63,558 bases of DNA, filler included, from Octopus bimaculoides (GCF_001194135.2; 8 parts of 7 records of this genome joined end to end with filler, not necessarily neighbours in it); one strand, 5' to 3'; positions 1 through 13,249 are shown, counted from the whole stretch's first letter. A program made the numbers and translations. The notes: generated by a model from the letters alone, not told the origin.

Positions 1-70
<70 letters not shown>

Positions 71-90
71 TAAAGAGGAACAGAGAGAAG
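1..90. repeat. (GA)n microsatellite
   Basis: Direct reading. It is one of dozens of (CA)n, (TA)n, (GA)n, (TATG)n, (GATA)n, (GAT)n, (GAA)n and (AAT)n arrays, many abutting N gaps. Confidence 0.95.
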
Positions 91-895
91 TGAGGTGGTG
101 ATAGTTGCTTTGGAAGTTCTAATGATGTTGTTCTTAGCCATAGATATGGTGTGTAATGATGGTGGTGGAGGTGGAGGTGATCATCTTAGTAGTAGTAGTA
201 GTAGTTGTTGCGATTGTCTAGCCTAGTCTTGGGCAAAATGTGACTCGCAGGTCTTTCTGAATGGCATAGAAAATTTACCATGAAGCTTTAGTAGTGCAGC
301 CCACTTCGCCAATAAAGTTGTTCATGCTAACCCTAAGTTAGCTCCGATCAAACAGACCGAAAATACCATGTAATGACTGTTCCATCTCATCCTTATAAAA
401 AATGTGTAGCCTAGATACGCAATTCCATCAATCCATTTATAATTTTATTCATTTACTTGTTTTAATCACTGGGTGCGGCCATTCTGGGACATTGCTTTCA
501 AGGGTGTAGTCAAGCGAACCAACCCTAGTCAAATACTTATTCAAAAGTTTTTTGCTTTTTTTTGTACGGAGCCAGGAATCATTAAGTCAGAGATTCGTAA
601 GCAAACGAATATCGGTTATCAAATTGAGAAGAGACAAACACGAGTACAAATATATNNNNNNNNNNNNNNNNNNNNNNNNNNNNNNNNNNNNNNNNNNNNN
701 NNNNNNNNNNNNNNNNNNNNNNNNNNNNNNNNNNNNNNNNNNNNNNNNNNNNNNNNNNNNNNNNNNNNNNNNNNNNNNNNNNNNNNNNNNNNNNNNNNNN
801 NNNNNNNNNNNNNNNNNNNNNNNNNNNNNNNNNNNNNNNNGATAGATAGATAGATAGATAGATAGATAGTTAGATAGATAGATATACATTCCTAG

Positions 896-1082
896 ATCGG
901 TGGTGCGTTGTGCTCTTCAGCAAAACACTTCATTTTACGTTGCTTTAGGTCTACTCAGCTAGTAAAAAGCAGAGCTGTACCTGCATTTAAAAGGCTCAGT
1001 CACTTGCATGTTAGTTTCACGAGCAGGCTTTTCCATGGAATGGATCAACAGGAACCCTCATCGCCGAAACTGACAGAGTGAT
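896..1082 (+). mobile_element. Degenerate SINE (same family as 6670-7053, opposite strand)
   Basis: gctcagtcacttgcatgttagtttcacgagcaggcttttccatggaatggatcaacaggaaccctc matches the reverse complement of the 3' part of the 6670-7053 element. Confidence 0.75.
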
Positions 1083-1096
1083 AGTTACAGACACAG

Positions 1097-1123
<27 letters not shown>

Positions 1124-1129
<6 letters not shown>

Positions 1130-2017
1130 ATAGCCATAAATATTGTTAAAAAGAAAAATTTGAATTTCAAAATAATTAATGATCACGTTCAAATGAAACT
1201 TTGAACATTTATTTTGCCATTGAACAAGAATTTCTTAAGGGTCTTAACTTTACCCTCAGGACGTCAGTGATGTACGCACCAGCCATGGCTTCCACCCCTT
1301 TTTCACATAAATGCAGCTCAGTCACCTCTTCGTAAGACACACTCTACCAAACCATGATTGAGGCAGGGCGATGGCCTCTTTGAACTTTGTGAACGACCTC
1401 AGAAACTTTCTTAGAGCTGTGGGTATACACCCTATCATTTTGACGGTCGTAGCTTTCTCTTACATGGAAGAAACTCTTTGGATCTAGTCACCCTGATCGC
1501 TTTCAATGAAAGAGTTAACATGTATCCTGTCCGGTGACGATAGGCACGATTCCTAGATCTGCTCTCATCAACTTAGACATTGATCTGGGTGAAATTTCTA
1601 TCTCTCTACCATGATATTGCTTTCTCAGAGGAGTCCTTCGAATTCTGGTTCCAACAGCTTTGACCTTCTTGGGAGTCCTCACAAGTGCGAGGACGACCTT
1701 CCTTTGGAATGCCATCGATAGGCTGATTTCTGTAAACCTCTTTATGGTGCGATATACAAACATTCTGCTAATTCCCATCGGTTCAAGCAGTTTGAAAATG
1801 GCGGACGCATCGTGACCTGCCTTGTGAAAATCAACTACAGTTCTATGGTCTTCTTTGACACTCCATTCCATTGTTAAATAGGAAAATTAGTTAAGATAAT
1901 AACTGAAATTCAATGCAGAAGGTTATTTGCTAAAGACAAAGGAAAAATATTTTAGGTGCGAAACCTTACGAAAAATTAAAGGAGAAGATTTGTAACAGTA
2001 TTTATGGCTATATCAGG
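1124..2017 (-). mobile_element. Internally deleted Tc1/mariner maT (DD37D, Bmmar1-like) transposon with both TIRs
   Basis: TIRs 1124-1152 (cctagtatagccataaatattgttaaaaa) and 1989-2017 (rc cctgatatagccataaatactgttacaaa) differ at 4 of 29 positions. The minus-strand remnant reads MEWSVKEDH...AIFKLLEPMGISRMFVYRTIKR...RIRRTPLRKQ, then QNDRVY...VQRGHRPASIMVW*SVSYEEVTELHLCEKG, resembling the Bmmar1 transposase as recalled. The catalytic D segments are deleted. Confidence 0.85.
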
Positions 2018-2804
2018 TATGTATGTATGTATGTATGTATGTATGTATGTATGTATGTATGTATGTATGTATGTTTGTATGCATGTATGTATGTATATAT
2101 ATGTATGTGTGTGTAACATATGCAATCCAGTTTAAATCATATACATTACACTGCATTACTGTTGATGAAGTCTTCCACTTTGACTATTGTTGCACCTTAA
2201 CTCCAACCCACACTCACACTCACTTTAATTCAACTACTTTAATTCAACTAATTCACTCATCCTCTATTTGCTGTTTGATAACCACCTATTTCTACCCTAC
2301 CTCCTTACAATAAGAGTGAATAAATCCACGAAGTTTAATATTATATGCCGAATCAGGTTGAAATTGGTTTTAGCTTAGGTTTTAAAGCTTGAAGCACTTT
2401 TATTTTTCATATTCATTTGTGAATGGTTTCAATTTTGAAAGCTAGTCAAACTTCACGTGCTGTAGGTGTCTCCCTACATTTGATCCATGCTTGGCTTCTT
2501 GATATATGATCTTTCTCATTGTAGATGTTCAGTATTTCTCCTTAATTCATCGTATTAAATTAATATTTTCTAAGGATACAAATGTGATTTGTGTAGAACA
2601 ACTAACACTTCTACTCAAATAGCATAGCAGTGGTTAACACCTGATATCTTGTATAAATTTAGTTCTTGGAGCTTCGAACATAGACGAAATGAAGCCAACT
2701 CATAACAAAAGTGTTGAAGTAAATGTAAGCATGTAAAAATATTTAACACAAAATATATATAGATATATTTTGTCTTTTGTCTTTTACTTATTCTATCGAT
2801 CTCT

Positions 2805-3060
2805 TTTGCCCAACCGTTAAAACACGCGAACGTAGACAAACGAACACCTGTTGTCAACCGATGGTGCTAGGGACTCATACACAAATGCGCCACCATACAT
2901 ACACGCTCGCGCGCGCTGCCGTTGTTCATACAGTTTCTGCCAACCAAGTTCACTAATGCTTAAAAGCATTAGGTAACACATGCCCAAGGTGCCGTTCAGG
3001 GGGACTGAACTGAAAACCACGTAGTTGTAAGGCGAGTTTCTGAACCACACAGCCGTGCCT
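2805..3060 (-). mobile_element. SINE family B copy (abundant SINE with central microsatellite), degenerate
   Basis: Shares cttttgcccaaccg...ttgtcaaccgatgg and gcccaaggtgcc...gggactgaac...aaccacacagcc blocks with other copies in the window (8382, 35221, 38905, 51800, 60745). Confidence 0.65.
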
Positions 3061-3368
3061 GTACACGCGCACACGCAGTCACACACGCACACACGCCCGC
3101 ACGCCCTCACACTGACACTCACAAGCACACATATGTATATATGCATACATATATACATACATGTATACATACANNNNNNNNNNNNNNNNNNNNNNNNNNN
3201 NNNNNNNNNNNNNNNNNNNNNNNNNNNNNNNNNNNNNNNNNNNNNNNNNNNNNNNNNNNNNNNNNNNNNNNNNNNNNNNNNNNNNNNNNNNNNNNNNNNN
3301 NNNNNNNNNNNNNNNNNNNNNNNNNNNNNNNNNNNNNNNNNNNNNNNNNGTTTACAAGGCCCTCCCCC

Positions 3369-3412
<44 letters not shown>

Positions 3413-3629
3413 TATAAATAATTAGAAAATAAATAAAATTAAATAAAATTAAATAATGTGTGTGTGGATGTGTGTGTAGGTGCATGTGTGTGTTTGTGTG
3501 TGTGTTTGTGTGTGTGGATGTGTGTGCGTATGTGTGTGTGTAATAGAAGATATATTGAATGGACGTCCAAAGTTTGCTTGCTATGTTGAGCAGGTGGAGC
3601 ATGATGTTGGGAGTTTCTTCATTGCTTTT

Positions 3630-3846
3630 GTTGTTTCTACTGGTATTGTTGTTGATGATGATGACGATGACGACTACAGCAATTACGATGACGACGAGAA
3701 GATAATGGAGGGAGGAAGATGACGATGGTAATACAGATGTTGCTGTTGATGATGATGCTGCTGCTGATGATGATGATACTGATGGTGTTGATGATGATGA
3801 AGGTGATGATGATGATGGTGATGATGATGATGATGATGACGACGAC

Positions 3847-3880
<34 letters not shown>

Positions 3881-4140
3881 AGGAGGAGGAGGAGGAGGAG
3901 GAGGAGGAGGAGGAGGATGGTAATGAGTACAACTACTGACGACCGTCTAAAAACGATGATGATGAAGAAGAGAAGGAGGCTGACAATGTTGATAACGAAT
4001 ACAACGACGTTGATAAAAACACGTGAACTATAGCGAAGAGGATGAGAATGTGGACGACAATAATGATAACGATGATGTGTATGAGGAAGAGGAAGAGGGA
4101 AGAGGAAGAGGAAGAGGAAGAGGAAGACGAGGAGGAGGAT
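3630..4140. repeat. Compound trinucleotide array (GAT/GAC/GGA/GAA)
   Basis: Direct reading. It explains the poly-M/poly-R/poly-I ORFs in the track. Confidence 0.9.
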
Positions 4141-4271
4141 TGCCTGCTGACCTTCCACTGACCATTGTCCATAAGCATCCCCTAACTATTCCTGCTACTA
4201 ATTCCTTCCACTACGTCTCACACACACACACACAAACACACACATACACACTAACAGATAAACCATCAAAC

Positions 4272-4309
<38 letters not shown>

Positions 4310-5116
4310 TACGCACACACACGTTCTGTTATTACACACACACTTGCAGACCCTCGCGCACGTACACATATTCACCTCCCTTTTTTACTCTCCTGTCTTA
4401 GAAAGAACTTTTCCTCCNNNNNNNNNNNNNNNNNNNNNNNNNNNNNNNNNNNNNNNNNNNNNNNNNNNNNNNNNNNNNNNNNNNNNNNNNNNNNNNNNNN
4501 NNNNNNNNNNNNNNNNNNNNNNNNNNNNNNNNNNNNNNNNNNNNNNNNNNNNNNNNNNNNNNNNNNNNNNNNNNNNNNNNNNNNNNNNNNNNNNNNNNNN
4601 NNNNNNNNNNNNNNNNNNNNNNNNNNNNNNNNNNNNNNNNNNNNNNNNNNNNNNNNNNNNNNNNNNNNNNNNNNNNNNNNNNNNNNNNNNNNNNNNNNNN
4701 NNNNNTTATTCATGATATAATATATATATATATATATCTTTTTTAGGTGCTTTGTTTTCCCCACCGCTGTCACGCCATGTCGCACTATCATTATTTCATT
4801 ATTTCAACTAAACAACAAAAGAAGAAAACCAATAACTAAAAACACCACTGACGCACCCCCTCCTCCTCATCTTCCTCCTCTACCCTCTCTTTCTCTTCTT
4901 CTTCTTCTTCTTCTTCTTCTTCTTCTTCTTCTTCTTCTTCTTCTTCTTCTTCTTCTTCTTCTTCTTCTTCTTCCACTCCCCTTCCTCCCTTTTCCTGTAT
5001 TACAGCTCTTAAGTAATACTAATTACCAGAAAATTAAGTAAGAAACTCAAACAGGCTCCTGGAGACTTATTAAAATATCGACAATATAATTAAGATTGAA
5101 AAGAGAAAAATGAACA

Positions 5117-5222
<106 letters not shown>

Positions 5223-5462
5223 TAGCAAACAGCGAATTAATATAATAGCGTAAGAAACAATAAAATAAGTACAAATAAGAGAGAAGAAGAAGAAATAATG
5301 AAAAGAGAACTTTGCCACTAATGGAGGATTGATACATTGTCTTATTAGCTTGGACAGTTCAAATGTCTGTTTTTTAGAGAGTGCGTGTGTGTACATGTGA
5401 AGTTAAATGTGTGTCTATGTATATATAGTTATGTATTTATATATATGTCTGTATATGTATGC

Positions 5463-5514
<52 letters not shown>

Positions 5515-5872
5515 NNNNNNNNNNNNNNNNNNNNNNNNNNNNNNNNNNNNNNNNNNNNNNNNNNNNNNNNNNNNNNNNNNNNNNNNNNNNNNNNNNNNNN
5601 NNNNNNNNNNNNNNNNNNNNNNNNNNNNNNNNNNNNNNNNNNNNNNNNNNNNNNNNNNNNNNNNNNNNNNNNNNNNNNNNNNNNNNNNNNNNNNNNNNNN
5701 NNNNNNNNNNNNNNNNNNNNNNNNNNNNNNNNNNNNNNNNNNNNNNNNNNNNNNNNNNNNNNNNNNNNNNNNNNNNNNNNNNNNNNNNNNNNNNNNNNNN
5801 NNNNNNNNNNNNNNNNNNNNNNNNAATCGTCATAACGAAGCGTGCCGACGCTCAGTCGTTTCGATAACATTG

Positions 5873-5912
<40 letters not shown>

Positions 5913-6547
5913 CTCGGCGAGTAGTTAGGAGTTCGATCCTTCTTGTCACTTTGCCTGATTTTAAATGTTTTACTGTTGTTGTAGCTGCAAACGTATACGA
6001 TACAGCATTTTAACCCCAGACATCACGATGAATAGTATTCCATGCATAAAACCACTCCATCTAATTGGAGATGCATGAGTTTCAGAGGCAAGGAAATATA
6101 TTACCTTTTTATACCTACCTACAGGTAAGTGAACTGAGGGTTTCAGAAAGAGGGCAAGGTATTTCTTTCGTGAATAGCGAAAATGTAGACTTGATAAAAA
6201 TTTCAAGGACGAGGAAGTTTTGAGTACAATAAAAGGACGTCTGTATTGTTGGTGTCCCAATAAAACAAAACAGTCCATAAATATACAGGGGAACCATTTC
6301 GCAAGTTCTTAGTTCTACTGTATGTAGTAACCAAATATGTTTTGAATAACTCTTTACCACCATAACGTCTTAAAGGGGAACAAACTCGGAATATTGGCTA
6401 AAGTGGCCATGTGTTTTCTAGACTTTCCTGATGAGGGTTCCGTAAATTTCTGCTGCACAACCTGGTCAGATAATTTGTTTATAGTAATTAAATGTCTGTT
6501 TTATACATTATCTTACTTCCGCCATGAAATCGACACAGTCTGTACAG

Positions 6548-7200
6548 GTGCACTATGTGCCACATCTCAGATATCAAATGATCGTGGAATGAAGTGTTCT
6601 GGCTCAAGAACACAACACAACTCGATCCAGGAATCGGAGCCAAGCTCTTGCGATGTTGAGTGCAACACTGTTGCTGGCACTCCGTCGCTTACGACGTCGA
6701 GGTTTCCAGTTGATCCGATCAACGGAACAGCCTGCTCGTGAAATTAACGTGCAAGTGGCTGAGCACTCCACAGACACGTGTACCCTTAATGTAGTTCTCA
6801 GGGATATTCAGCGTGACACAGTATGACAAGGCTGACCCTTTGAAATAAAGGTACAACAGAAACAGGAAGAAAGAGTGAGAGAAAGTTGTGGTGAAAGAGT
6901 ACAGCAGGGTTCGCCACCATCCCCTGCCGGAGCCTCATGGAGCTTTAGGTGTTTTCGCTCAATAAACACTCACAAGGCCCGGTCTGGGAATCGAAACCGC
7001 GATCCTATGACCGCGAGTCCGCTGCCCTAACCACTGGGTCATTGCGCCTCCACAGTGCAACACTAACGACTAGGCAACGCACTTCTTAGATATACTATGT
7101 CTGGAAGTAAAGGATGAGAGAGTCATGACTGGAATGCTTTTCATTAGGCTCGATCTGGCTGACCTATGGATAAATATCAACAATAGTTTGCTTTTAAGGG
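6548..7200. mobile_element. Older SINE-like repeat interrupted by a younger SINE
   Basis: The flanking pieces 6548-6669 and 7054-7200 join across the 11-bp duplication agtgcaacact. Confidence 0.55.
6670..7053 (-). mobile_element. Full-length tRNA-derived SINE with 11-bp TSD
   Basis: The minus strand starts gtggaggcgcaatgacccagtggttagggcagcggactcgcggtcataggatcgcggtttcgattcccagacc (A/B-box tRNA-like head). The TSD agtgcaacact lies at 6659-6669 and 7054-7064. Confidence 0.9.
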
Positions 7201-8381
7201 GATGGTAGTAGGTCTTGTTTAACATCACGATCTGCCTCTTCATGTGCTTTTAGCGATTCCCACTCTGATGCAAATATTCAAACGCAAAATTCGGCTTAAG
7301 GGTAATTCAATTGCTTGATATGCTTTTTTTTTCCCTACTACGCTTTGCATTTGTCTACTCAATCACGGCTGGCATGGGACGAAACAAAATGAGCTCTATC
7401 CGTAAGTAACACTCCAAAATACTACCCTATTTGACTGCCTGTTCAGAAATGCGGTCACTTGTTTCAACATAGGCTGCAACCAAGCAATGAAACAATGGTT
7501 GGCTGCAATACATTAGTCGTGTCTATTCCAACAACCTGGAAACTCCTGCAAATGTCAGAGGCGCTATCCTTCACCGCTTTGACTTGAACCACACATGATG
7601 ATGATGATGATGATGACGACGATGATGATAATGATGATGGAGTTTCTGTCGATTACGAAAATCGTCAGTCAGTTGCAAAACAAACATCTGAATATTCATA
7701 CAGGGACTTCACAGCAGCCAGAAGTTGTCCATTAATGTTGGCTGATGAATGTTGGGTATTGAACGAAAGCGTATATATATANNNNNNNNNNNNNNNNNNN
7801 NNNNNNNNNNNNNNNNNNNNNNNNNNNNNNNNNNNNNNNNNNNNNNNNNNNNNNNNNNNNNNNNNNNNNNNNNNNNNNNNNNNNNNNNNNNNNNNNNNNN
7901 NNNNNNNNNNNNNNNNNNNNNNNNNNNNNNNNNNNNNNNNNNNNNNNNNNNNNNNNNNNNNNNNNNNNNNNNNNNNNNNNNNNNNNNNNNNNNNNNNNNN
8001 NNNNNNNNNNNNNNNNNNNNNNNNNNNNNNNNNNNNNNNNNNNNNNNNNNNNNNNNNNNNNNNNNNNNNNNNNNNNNNNNNNNNNNNNNNNNNNNNNNNN
8101 NNNNNNNNNNNNNNNNNNNNNNNNNNNNNNNNNNNNNNNNNNNNNNNNNNNNNNNNNNNNNNNNNNNNNNNNNNNNNNNNNNNNNNNNNNNNNNNNNNNN
8201 NNNNNNNNNNNNNNNNNNNNNNNNNNNNNNNNNNNNNNNNNNNNNNNNNNNNNTATATATATATATATAATAACAACAATAATAATAATAATAATAATAA
8301 AGTATAAGGAGTCGTTAGAAACAGCTGTAATGAATTGACACCTGTCCTTCAAGTGTTACTTATATATATATATATGTTTTT

Positions 8382-8615
8382 GTGTCTGTGATTGTCCCCA
8401 CACCATCACTTGACAACTGGTGCTGGCTTGTTTGCTTTCCCGTAACTTAGCGGTTCGGCAAAATAGACCGATAGAACAAGTACCAGGCTTATAATAAAGT
8501 AATAAGTACTTATAATAAGTACTGGGGTCGATAAAATTGGCTAGTAACTCTTCAAGGCGATGCCACAGCATTGCCGTTGTCTCATGACTGAAGGAAAAGA
8601 TAAAAGAAAAGAGAG
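8382..8615 (+). mobile_element. SINE family B, 3' half
   Basis: ttgacaactggtgctgg...cccgtaacttagcggttcggcaaaatagaccgatagaacaagtaccaggc...ggggtcga...atgactgaag is shared with the 35221 and 60745 copies. Confidence 0.8.
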
Positions 8616-9285
8616 TTTCCGCTGATTGCGCTTGAGATTACGCTAAGCCTGAAGAGAACCAGTTTCTTCTAGAAAGGAAGAAAGTGGAAGGGAAAATGAG
8701 AAAGGAAGGGTGGGAGAGACAGAGGGAGAGGGAGAGAGAGAAAGTGTGTCAGAAGGGAAAGAGGGAGAAGGAGAGACAATTAGAATGAAAGAGAAATAAC
8801 GTTACTAGTAAGAAACCGGCCACGAAAGGGTGAAGGGCAAAGTTGACCTCGGTGGGATTTGAACACAGAGCAGAGAAACGGAACAGATTCCGTAAGACAT
8901 CTTGGCCACAGTTCTTACCCAACTGAATGAAACTCATAGAGGGGGTACATGGCAATGGCCAAAAATAGCAAACAGGGGAGAGAACAAGGAAGGCAGATGT
9001 CTAAAAACATTTGAATATATATATACATATATATATATAAAAAAAAGAAAGAAAAATGGAAACGGAAAAGAAAGAAAGAAAGCATAAGCCATTGAAACGT
9101 GAATGGTTATATTGTATTTATTAATAATTTTGAATTATTTTAATATTATGTGGGTGGGTGAAGCGATGATCGAATTGTTTGTTGTGTGAAGATGAATTTG
9201 ACTGGGTTTGATCTTGTAATCGATCATTTTGATAGTTACAAGACTGCTGATGATAATCACTGAAACTAAGGTTTGTCTGTCATGC

Positions 9286-9334
<49 letters not shown>

Positions 9335-9358
9335 CATGTATGTATGTATGTGTGTGTG

Positions 9359-9390
<32 letters not shown>

Positions 9391-10397
9391 NNNNNNNNNN
9401 NNNNNNNNNNNNNNNNNNNNNNNNNNNNNNNNNNNNNNNNNNNNNNNNNNNNNNNNNNNNNNNNNNNNNNNNNNNNNNNNNNNNNNNNNNNNNNNNNNNN
9501 NNNNNNNNNNNNNNNNNNNNNNNNNNNNNNNNNNNNNNNNNNNNNNNNNNNNNNNNNNNNNNNNNNNNNNNNNNNNNNNNNNNNNNNNNNNNNNNNNNNN
9601 NNNNNNNNNNNNNNNNNNNNNNNNNNNNNNNNNNNNNNNNNNNNNNNNNNNNNNNNNNNNNNNNNNNNNNNNNNNNNNNNNNNNNNNNNNNNNNNNNNNN
9701 NNNNNNNNNNNNNNNNNNNNNNNNNNNNNNNNNNNNNNNNNNNNNNNNNNNNNNNNNNNNNNNNNNNNNNNNNNNNNNNNNNNNNNNNNNNNNNNNNNNN
9801 NNNNNNNNNNNNNNNNNNNNNNNNNNNNNNNNNNNNNNNNNNNNNNNNNNNNNNNNNNNNNNNNNNNNNNNNNNNNNNNNNNNNNNNNNNNNNNNNNNNN
9901 NNNNNNNNNNNNNNNNNNNNNNNNNNNNNNNNNNNNNNNNNNNNNNNNNNNNNNNNNNNNNNNNNNNNNNNNNNNNNNNNNNNNNNNNNNNNNNNNNNNN
10001 NNNNNNNNNNNNNNNNNNNNNNNNNNNNNNNNNNNNNNNNNNNNNNNNNNNNNNNNNNNNNNNNNNNNNNNNNNNNNNNNNNNNNNNNNNNNNNNNNNNN
10101 NNNNNNNNNNNNNNNNNNNNNNNNNNNNNNNNNNNNNNNNNNNNNNNNNNNNNNNNNNNNNNNNNNNNNNNNNNNNNNNNNNNNNNNNNNNNNNNNNNNN
10201 NNNNNNNNNNNNNNTATATATATATATATACATATATGTAAACAAATGTGTGTGTAGATATATATACATACATACATACATACATAAATATATGTAAACA
10301 AATATATCACTCAATCGATCCAGACTAACCTTGTAATGAGTATTTCAAAGCTGAAATATATTGAATCTTATACCTTTCACTCACGTATACAGAGGTG

Positions 10398-10560
10398 CAT
10401 GTCTTAGTGGTTAGTCTGCTGAAGTTATGGTCGTAAGACTGTTGTTTCGTTTCCTGGATTGGACGACGTGTCGCATTCTTGAGCAAAACGTTTAATTCTA
10501 TATTTTTCCAGTCCACTCACCAGATAAAAATGAGTATTCCGGCGACGGACCAGTGTCTCG
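10398..10560 (+). mobile_element. Old degenerate tRNA-headed SINE
   Basis: gaggtgcatgtcttagtggttag... head plus a cttgagcaaaac...cagtccactcaccagataaaaatgag core similar to 896-960. Confidence 0.5.
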
Positions 10561-10871
10561 TCCAAGTTCTGAATATATATACCCCACGGAAACCGGAAAC
10601 TATCCCCATGCGTCTATATAACTCGGGAATAGTCCTCATACCTATTATCATAAATTCACGCATTCCACCGCACATAACTAGATACATGCATAAATATTTA
10701 CATGCACAGATTTTTAAACATAAATATTTAACTAGATAAACACAAACACATACGCATACTTACATATATATACACATGTATGTAGGCATGTGTGTGTGTA
10801 TAAATTTATGTATATATACTCTCATGATCAACAGTTATAGTATCTTTCTGCAGACAATATATACACACTTA

Positions 10872-11575
10872 CAAAGGTGGTGAGCTGGCAGAAACGTTAG
10901 CACGCCGGGCAAAATGCTTAGCAGTATTACGTCTGTCTTTATGCTCTGAGTTCAAACTTCGCCGAGGTCGACTTTGCCACTCATTCTTTCGGGGTCGATA
11001 AATTAAGTACCAGTTGCATACTTGGGTCAATCTAATCGACTGCCCCCTTCCCCCCAAATTTCGGGCCTTGTGCCTAGAGTAGAAGAGAATATATACACTT
11101 ACAATATAGACTTGCTGGCCTTGTGCCAAAATTTGAAAGCGATATATAGACTTGCAAAGGCGGCGAACTGGCAGAATCGTTAGCACGTGGGGCAAAATTC
11201 TCAGCAGTATTTCGTCCGCCTTTACGTTCTGGGTTCAAATTCCGTCGAGGACCACTTTGCCTTTCATCCTTACGGGCTCGATAAAATAAGTACCAGTTGG
11301 ACACTGGTGTTGATATCATCGTCCCCAGTCGAAATCAATATTTCGCCTTACAAATGCGGTGAGATGTCAGAATCGTTAACACGTCGGGTAAATTGTTTAG
11401 CAGCATTTCATCGATTTTTACATTCTGGGTTTAAATGCCGCCGGGGCAAAGTATGCATTTCATCATTTTGGGTTTGACAGAATAAGTACCAGTTGAAAAC
11501 TGGAGTTGATGTAATCGAATGAGCCTCTCCTCCGAAATTGCTGGCACTGTGTCAAAATTTGAATCCAATATATAG
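10872..11575 (+). mobile_element. Three head-to-tail copies of tRNA-derived SINE family A
   Basis: Three repeats of ggcggcgagctggcagaatcgttagcacgccgggc...gagttcaaattccgccgaggtcgactttgcctttcatcc...ggggtcgataaattaagtaccagttg start at ~10876, ~11159 and ~11355. Confidence 0.9.
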
Positions 11576-11698
11576 ACTAACACATTTACATGTACACCAG
11601 GTAGGTTATCTATACGCCATACCATAATATATTGATACACGGGTGTTTATTAATGCGCTGTGCTTTCATAGACATAGAAATATATGCAAATAAGGTTT

Positions 11699-11776
<78 letters not shown>

Positions 11777-11917
11777 CACACACGCACACACACACACGCA
11801 GACGCGCGCACAACCACATACACACATACAATTATATATTACAAAATGATTACGACGGTAAATAGATCGTTAAAGGGAAGAAATGGCTATTTATGTATAT
11901 GTTTGGGTCTGTCTGAT

Positions 11918-11952
<35 letters not shown>

Positions 11953-12201
11953 CATATTTATATATATATGTTTGTGTATGTGTGTCTATCTATATACACT
12001 GACATATGTATAAACATACATGCGTGTATGTATATATGCGCACGTGTTTGTGTGTGTGTGTGTGTGTGCTGTGTGCGCGCGCACGCGTGCAATATATCAT
12101 GTAATTAAATTAAATTTATGGCAAGTAAATCGCGAGTTGAAACGCCGCATGTATATTTACATTTAAAAATTATATGCAATACATACACGTTCCCGAACAC
12201 A

Positions 12202-12250
<49 letters not shown>

Positions 12251-13208
12251 AGAATAAGGGCAGAGAATCGTCAATTAATAATAGAATTAATAATTAACAA
12301 TTTNNNNNNNNNNNNNNNNNNNNNNNNNNNNNNNNNNNNNNNNNNNNNNNNNNNNNNNNNNNNNNNNNNNNNNNNNNNNNNNNNNNNNNNNNNNNNNNNN
12401 NNNNNNNNNNNNNNNNNNNNNNNNNNNNNNNNNNNNNNNNNNNNNNNNNNNNNNNNNNNNNNNNNNNNNNNNNNNNNNNNNNNNNNNNNNNNNNNNNNNN
12501 NNNNNNNNNNNNNNNNNNNNNNNNNNNNNNNNNNNNNNNNNNNNNNNNNNNNNNNNNNNNNNNNNNNNNNNNNNNNNNNNNNNNNNNNNNNNNNNNNNNN
12601 NNNNNNNNNNNNNNNNNNNNNNNNNNNNNNNNNNNNNNNNNNNNNNNNNNNNNNNNNNNNNNNNNNNNNNNNNNNNNNNNNNNNNNNNNNNNNNNNNNNN
12701 NNNNNNNNNNNNNNNNNNNNNNNNNNNNNNNNNNNNNNNNNNNNNNNNNNNNNNNNNNNNNNNNNNNNNNNNNNNNNNNNNNNNNNNNNNNNNNNNNNNN
12801 NNNNNNNNNNNNNNNNNNNNNNNNNNNNNNNNNNNNNNNNNNNNNNNNNNNNNNNNNNNNNNNNNNNNNNNNNNNNNNNNNNNNNNNNNNNNNNNNNNNN
12901 NNNNNNNNNNNNNNNNNNNNNNNNNNNNNNNNNNNNNNNNNNNNNNNNNNNNNNNNNNNNNNNNNNNNNNNNNNNNNNNNNNNNNNNNNNNNNNNNNNNN
13001 NNNNNNNNNNNNNNNNNNNNNNNNNNNNNNNNNNNNNNNNNNNNNNNNNNNNNNNNNNNNNNNNNNNNNNNNNNNNNNNNNNNNNNNNNNNNNNNNNNNN
13101 NNNNNNNNNNNNNNNNNNNNNNNNNNNNNNNNNNNNNNNNNNNNNNNNNNNNNNNNNNNNNNNNNNNNNNNNNNNNNNNNNNNNNNNNNNNNNNNNNNNN
13201 NNNNNNNN

Positions 13209-13249
<41 letters not shown>

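Noticed and set aside
7735-7775. ctgatga...gaaa hammerhead-like motif (similar partial motifs at ~6429 and ~9247)
   Set aside because: No convincing stem I or III pairing and no associated PLE sequence.
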